From Schizosaccharomyces osmophilus (Eukaryota), in assembly GCF_027921745.1 (NCBI RefSeq), contig NC_079240.1:310001-374000 (forward strand): DNA of 64,000 nt. Direction: 5' to 3'. Shown here one piece after another: positions 58,324-64,000 of the stretch (positions within the stretch are counted from its first letter, which is position 1; every line of letters starts with the position of its first letter). The translations under genes and the position numbers were made by a program. The notes beneath the pieces are model-generated. The model saw only the letters and a list, made by a program, of their open reading frames with translations. It was not told the origin of the DNA and made no database searches.

Positions 58324-58684
58324 TAGATCAACTAGAGTATAGGAGATGTTTTGCAATCGTTCTTTTTTACTAATGACAACGGAAGTTATGATTGTGTTCA
58401 CTCAAAGTTCTAACTTTTTCGTTAATAATGTCAATATAGAAAGTATTTAATTTTTTTGTTTTTTTTTTGTCTTGTTTCACAACTACGACTTCTCATATTT
58501 CATGCTAATATGTGATTCTTTTACTTGTCTTTTAGAATTAGGAAAATACAAAAGATAAATTATAATAGAATTGAAACACATCTTTTCCTTACAACCAAAC
58601 ATTAAGGTGGTTATAATGTAGCACTGTTGTCCTACCAATCTGTCACTGCTCTTCAACCAGAAAACTAAATACGTCTTTGAATAA

Positions 58685-60952
58685 ATGAAGCGCGCCAGTC
58701 TGGGAGGGCATACGCCTGTAAACTTAAATTCATTAAATGATGATGCGTTAGAGAAAAAGAAGGCTAAACAAAAAAGCAGGAAGGAGCGTGAATTAAGACG
58801 AAGCTCAGCGCTTCAGTCAATTACTCCAAGAAGAGAATCTTTGGGCGGACCAGGCTATGGATCACCTTTTAATAGTTCTTATCAAGTTCCTGTTTTGTCT
58901 AATTTTGAAGAATGGATCAAATTAGCTACCGATAACAAGATCAACTCGACAAACACATGGAACTTTGCACTCATTGATTATTTCCATGATATGTCCTTAC
59001 TCCGAGAAGGTGAAGCTATTAATTTTCAAAAAGCGAGTTGCACTCTAGATGGATGTGTCAAAATATATACATCCCGAATTGATTCAGTTGCTACAGAAAC
59101 AGGCAAACTACTTAGTGGTCTAGCAAACGACTCCAAGGCCTTAGGTGAAACTGAGGAAACTAACGAGATTGCAGAAGATGAAGAAGGAAGGAAGAAGCGT
59201 GAACGAAAACGTGCCAACCGATCCGTCAATACGCTCGCTAAAGATTTCGAAAGCTTACGTGCTAAAAGATTTGAGTTGGAAGGATCTTTTGATCCTTTAT
59301 TCAAAAAAATGTGTGCAGATTTTGATGAAGACGGTGCAAAAGGACTCTTAATGAACCATTTGTCTGTCGATCAACATGGTAAAATAGTGTTTGACTCTAG
59401 CGATGCCATTATCAAGGATTTAGAAGGAAAGGATGATTCAAAAACGGAGAATTTGAAAGAAAGTGTGGCAGGAAATCCAGAAACCGAAAATGTGGATAAG
59501 GGTACTCATACCGATGGTATTTCATTGGAAGCGCTGGGAAGTATTAAAAAGCGATATTTTATTGATATTGATCAACTTACGATTTGTCCTTCTTTACAGG
59601 GATTTGAGTTCGACAATAAAGGCAACTTGGATGTTTCATTGCTAAAATCTTTAAGCGATGAGGTGAATATAATTGCACCGAACTCATTGTTGGAAGAGCA
59701 AGCGGCTATGAACGGAGATGTTGAATTTGGCTCTGCGCCATCAGATTTAGATGATGATGATAATGATAATGAACAAGGGCACATTGTTCATGCGCTTGAA
59801 GATATGGCTTATGGCGACGAAAACGTAGATTTGTCTGCGAAACCGTCAGATGAATTTGAGGAGCCAACCAACAATTTGCAAGGTGATACAGAGGCGGGCG
59901 AAACGATAAATCTAGCAAACTATTCAGTTGACAATGTATCATCCATCAATGGAATTTACGAATATTTCGACAAGTCAATAAAGAAGAACTGGGCAGGTCC
60001 CGAGCATTGGCGGATTCAAGCTCTTCGTAAAAAAAGTATTTTTCAACCGCCGGGAGTGGATTCTTCCAATGTTTTTGAGGGCGTTGACAATACCCGAGCG
60101 TCGACTTCTCTAGAACGTAGGCGGCGTCGTGAAACGGATAATACAATAGATTTTACGAAGGAAGTTGATCTTGACTCTCTGCTTACTCCCGCTTCCGGTA
60201 GTCTAAAGCTTCCAAAATCACATTGGAAAAAACACAATCGTTGCTTATTGCCGGATGACTATCAATACGACTCTAGACGACTTTTACAGTTATTCCTTAA
60301 ACCGAAAGTATCTCTTATGCCATTTGTATCCTTCAATGGAGAAACTGGTGTTAAAAGGGTTTTCGAAGGACAAGATGAAGCAGACGCGAGTGCCCCCATA
60401 TACCCTGGGGGATTTGATGATGACAGCGATGGTGGAGACATGGAAGAACAAGGCTTGCACGATTTTGATGGAGGATCTATGCAAGAACTGCGAGAAAATT
60501 CAGCATCACCTACGCCACCTTCCTCCGCTGGCTTTGGAGAGAATTTATTATTGAATGCTCGCCTTGCCAAACCGGATAGCATTAATTATGCCAAACGAGC
60601 GAAAAGAGTGGACGTAAGGGTATTGAAAGAAAACATATGGAAATGTTTAGATCTTGAAGAGAACCATACGCTAGAAGCGTCGAAATCCAACGTTGAATCT
60701 AATAATGATGAAGTGCCAAAGGAAGAAGAAAAAGAACCTGTGCGTACATTTTCTTCAGCTGTTTCCCGATTAGAAAACTTGTATGGGCAAAAAGAATTCA
60801 AGGATATCTCTACAAGCTTTGCATTTATTTGCTTGTTACACCTTGCCAATGAAAATGCTCTGAACTTGATGAGTAGCGAAGATTTTTCAGACGTATATAT
60901 TCAACATGACCCTGGCTTGACTAGTTTGGAAGAATTGGAAAAGAATATGTAA
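58685..60952 (+). CDS. cnd2: Condensin kleisin subunit Cnd2 (Barren/CAP-H)
   Basis: DNKINSTNTWNFALID, NFQKASCTLDGCVKIY, NWAGPEHW and FICLLHLANE. Confidence 0.97.
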   Translation: MKRASLGGHTPVNLNSLNDDALEKKKAKQKSRKERELRRSSALQSITPRRESLGGPGYGSPFNSSYQVPVLSNFEEWIKLATDNKINSTNTWNFALIDYFHDMSLLREGEAINFQKASCTLDGCVKIYTSRIDSVATETGKLLSGLANDSKALGETEETNEIAEDEEGRKKRERKRANRSVNTLAKDFESLRAKRFELEGSFDPLFKKMCADFDEDGAKGLLMNHLSVDQHGKIVFDSSDAIIKDLEGKDDSKTENLKESVAGNPETENVDKGTHTDGISLEALGSIKKRYFIDIDQLTICPSLQGFEFDNKGNLDVSLLKSLSDEVNIIAPNSLLEEQAAMNGDVEFGSAPSDLDDDDNDNEQGHIVHALEDMAYGDENVDLSAKPSDEFEEPTNNLQGDTEAGETINLANYSVDNVSSINGIYEYFDKSIKKNWAGPEHWRIQALRKKSIFQPPGVDSSNVFEGVDNTRASTSLERRRRRETDNTIDFTKEVDLDSLLTPASGSLKLPKSHWKKHNRCLLPDDYQYDSRRLLQLFLKPKVSLMPFVSFNGETGVKRVFEGQDEADASAPIYPGGFDDDSDGGDMEEQGLHDFDGGSMQELRENSASPTPPSSAGFGENLLLNARLAKPDSINYAKRAKRVDVRVLKENIWKCLDLEENHTLEASKSNVESNNDEVPKEEEKEPVRTFSSAVSRLENLYGQKEFKDISTSFAFICLLHLANENALNLMSSEDFSDVYIQHDPGLTSLEELEKNM

Positions 60953-61610
60953 CAATACTCTTTTCATGATGACATTTATGCTGGTCATTAGTGTCACCTT
61001 TCTATTTTTATATTACGGAATCCCAGGTTGTATTTAATGAAAGAAGTGGTTTAAGGGGTTACCTTTCTATCTTTTATACTCTTTTGTTTCTTTCTTTTTT
61101 TGTTATTTTTTATAATTTTAATCCTTTGTATTTTTTTGCTTAGGGTAATGATACTATCATATAAGCAATGTCTCAAGGTGCTTCTTGTCAATGATGGAAG
61201 CACCGCATACATACCTTTTCATAATTATGACTTTCCTATTTTGATACGAATTGTGTTGTTGGGAATCTCAATCTATTCAAGGCAGTCAGTCATTGATGAG
61301 AACAAGTCAATATTGTTTCATCTATTTCATTCGCAAGTGACTGAAAAAACCTTCCGGATATTTCATCTCCGTTCCTTTCCTCACACAGCAAGTAAAGACC
61401 TGAAAAAAGTTTAGTTGTGAATGAGTAAATTTGTACTTACGTTGATTATTATAGGTGCCAAACAGAAACCTTTCCTTTCCTCCAATTCAACTGAAAGCAT
61501 TTTGAAGGATGTATGACCGGACAGAGCTACTCCACTTCACAATGGGAATCGTAAAATACCCGACTCATACATTGAACCAAATTTCCGTTCATCGTAATTA
61601 TCACTTTTCA

Positions 61611-61622
61611 TTGTTTGTTTAC
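61611..61622 (-). promoter_or_regulatory. FLEX/forkhead element GTAAACAAACAA between cnd2 and the PRA1 gene
   Basis: TTGTTTGTTTAC on the + strand, with further TAAACA half-sites near 61686 and 61727. Confidence 0.45.
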
Positions 61623-61785
61623 TTTTTAACGCATTTCGAAGATACCCAAATTAAGGACATTTTAGATATTCGCCTTAACATTTCTTAAACAAACGCTGTT
61701 ACTTGCCATATGACAAGCAGTCAGAATAAACAAGCCCCGTTTGTTGAGTTTGTTTTCAGCACTTACCTCAACAAGAACTGACAAT

Positions 61786-62341
61786 ATGTCGAACTATGCC
61801 TTTTCTAAAATAAGCGAAAACGTTCAAGAGTTGGTGTCTTCCAGGGTACGAATGATGAATGTAGAAAGAAGCATCGCTAACGAAGCAACAGTCGCAGTAC
61901 TTGAGCGGATTCAAATCTGTGGGCGAATTCTTGGATGTTCGTCGCGTTTCAAGACCTGAAAATTTTGGAGAAGTACAATCAAGAGTTCGTTTCAACCTCC
62001 GACGATTCTCTTCGAATTATCTAGCCATTATTGCAGTCCTCGCCATTTACTGTCTTTTGACGAACGTTCTGTTATCTATAGTTATTGGTGTGGGCGCTGC
62101 AGGCGTGTATGGTATTCGCAAACACCAAGGCAATGAATTTCATATTGGAAGGCATGTTTATAGCAAGTCAAATTTATACACCACTTTGGGATGTGTATTA
62201 TTTCCCCTTGGGCTTTTTGCGTCACCCATTCAAACTATCTTTTGGTTAGTTGGAGCATCTGCCGTCTGCGTCCTTGGCCATGGTGCTTTATTGGAACCAC
62301 CTGTTGAATCTGCTTTTGAGGCTGTCGAGCAACAAGTATAA
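61786..62341 (+). CDS. PRA1/Yip3-family prenylated Rab acceptor (SPCC306.02c-like), 2 exons (169 aa)
   Basis: Exon 1 is 61786-61845, intron 61846-61891 (GTACGA..GCTAAC..CAG) and exon 2 61892-62341. Motifs are EFLD..SRP, RVRFNLRRFSSNY and two hydrophobic hairpins. Confidence 0.88.
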
Positions 62342-63031
62342 AGTTCCACTATACTTCTTTTGAAACCTTTTCCAGCAAGCTTGTCCTTTGTAGTATTAAA
62401 TATCTCTCTTTGCTCTGCTTTTCCAGTTCGTAAACTGACTTGCTTTTTTTTGTTTTCCGAGAACGAGTCATCAGCGATGATACAGCAGTAAAAATTCAAG
62501 TGACAAGCATGTGTGCAATGTATACACTATACATAGACCGTTCTGCAACTTTGCTTGGAGGTTTGTCTTTTTTTATACACTTCATCTTTTTGTTCGAACT
62601 TAATTTTCGTTAACGTGATGAGACATGAGTCATTTATCAACTACAACATGCACATCGACCATATCTGTCCATTAATGCTGTTGCTGGTCTCCTATATTAC
62701 TTTGTTGCTTCGAGCCACGTTTGCAGAATGCCAAGTAATTTCCGTTTCTGTTATAATAATTAACTTTTCTTCTTTATTGCTAATTTCATAGACTGTTAAA
62801 CAATAGGAAGTGCACAATTACGTACATACAAGCCATACAGAGGTTGAACTTGACATTGCAAATGACTATACTCTTTTGTATTTACAGATTCAATCTTTTC
62901 AATGTTATGCATTCTCAATCTATCAATTAGATTCATCTATTTCGGTATAAAAGAATTAAACTATCATAAAGCAAGTCGAGACTTCATTGACCTGGCTAAT
63001 CATATCATCGAACTTTTTTAAGTAAATCACG

Positions 63032-63980
63032 TTAAAGTTTTTGATAATCAACGGTACCTTCAAGTTTCTTAAGATCAGCTACCTTACGTGCTGCTGACAT
63101 TAAATCGGACTGTATAATGTAATCCCGGTCTTCCTTGATGGCTAAAAATCCGGCTTCAGTCACAACGTTTCGTAAATCTGCACCATTGGTACCATCGGTA
63201 AGCTTAACAATAGCTTCGTAGTCAAGATCGCCTCGCTTAGACACCTTTTCAAGATGAATTTTCAAAATTTCCATACGGCCAACTTCATTGGGAAGAGGAA
63301 TTTCGATTTTACGATCAAGACGACCAGGACGCAATAAAGCAGGGTCAAGGGTATCAGGACGGTTGGTAGCCATAATAATTTTAGTTTGTCCCAAATAATC
63401 GAAACCATCCATTTGGTTTAGTAATTCCATCAACGTACGTTGAATCTCACGATCGGCAGAAGTACCTTCTGAAAATCTACGTCCACCAATAGCGTCAATT
63501 TCATCCATGAAGATAACACATGGCTCATGCTCTTTAGCATAACCAAACATTTCACGAATAATACGAGCAGATTCACCGATATACTTATCTACAATACCAC
63601 TGGAGACAACCTTCAAGAAATTAACTCCCAAAGAAGCTGCAACAGCACGAGCTAAAAGCGTTTTCCCTGTACCAGGAGGACCATAAAGCAAAACACCCTT
63701 TGGAGGATTAATACCAACACGGTGAAACAGTTCAGGACTCTTCAAGGGAAGTTCAATGACTTCTCTCAATTCACGAATTTGTTCATTTAAACCACCCACA
63801 CCTGCGAACGACACCTCACCAGGACTCTCAACAGACATGTTATAGACCATTGGGTCCACTTCTCGGGGAAGAAAACGCATAATTGTTAAGGTAGTCATAT
63901 CTAAGGAAACACGAACACCCTGAATTAACTTGGATTTGTCCACATTATTTCTACATCCAACAACATAGCGAGGACCAGAA
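63032..63980 (-). CDS. rpt4: 19S proteasome AAA ATPase Rpt4, last exon (5' exons outside the window)
   Basis: Acceptor ACTAAC..TAG ends at 63981. Motifs are [35 protein letters not shown] and [22 protein letters not shown]. Confidence 0.95.
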
Positions 63981-64000
63981 CTAAAACGTTAGTAGACTGT

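Noticed and set aside
3988..60952. Apparent chromatin/chromosome gene cluster (ago1, mmi1, spf1, set1, cnd2, mcm3, bqt3, dis1, alp16)
   Set aside because: These genes are interspersed with unrelated housekeeping genes, and the neighbourhood matches inherited synteny. There is no sign of co-regulation.

Overview
Gene-dense eukaryotic DNA from a fission yeast. It is Schizosaccharomyces, but the proteins are clearly diverged from S. pombe, so it is probably from the S. octosporus/cryophilus/osmophilus clade; the species cannot be fixed from sequence alone. The window is orthologous to the left arm of S. pombe chromosome III (cosmids c553/c736/c594/c1682/c4G3/c306; IDs and order are recalled from memory, not looked up). 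I support 28 protein-coding genes: pex1 (partial), cyp9, ago1, mmi1, an SDR, dis1, pil1, a DUF1769 gene, a fungal membrane protein, a DUF1295 gene, spf1, vsl1, bqt3, qcr9, mcm3, mug174, cdc31, srp68, alp16, a secreted Cys-rich protein, cap1, mdh1, utp30, big1, ins1, set1, cnd2 and a PRA1-family gene, plus partial rpt4. Many have introns that I resolved by hand; qcr9 is absent from the ORF track. I found no tRNA, rRNA, transposon, wtf gene or CRISPR array. The most interesting observations are: (1) a 35-codon ORF with an NLS-like motif, in frame with the DUF1769 gene and separated from it by one TAA plus 9 nt; (2) a secreted preproprotein carrying two tandem 6-Cys modules behind kexin-type sites, under a forkhead/CRE-rich promoter; (3) a candidate unannotated spliced Cys/His-rich small gene at the srp68-alp16 rearrangement breakpoint; (4) a 406-nt 5'-UTR intron in mdh1; (5) a long ago1 intron with a second branch/acceptor, and the convergent ago1-mmi1 pair; (6) a FLEX-associated, possibly spliced minus-strand transcript pointing at cnd2.
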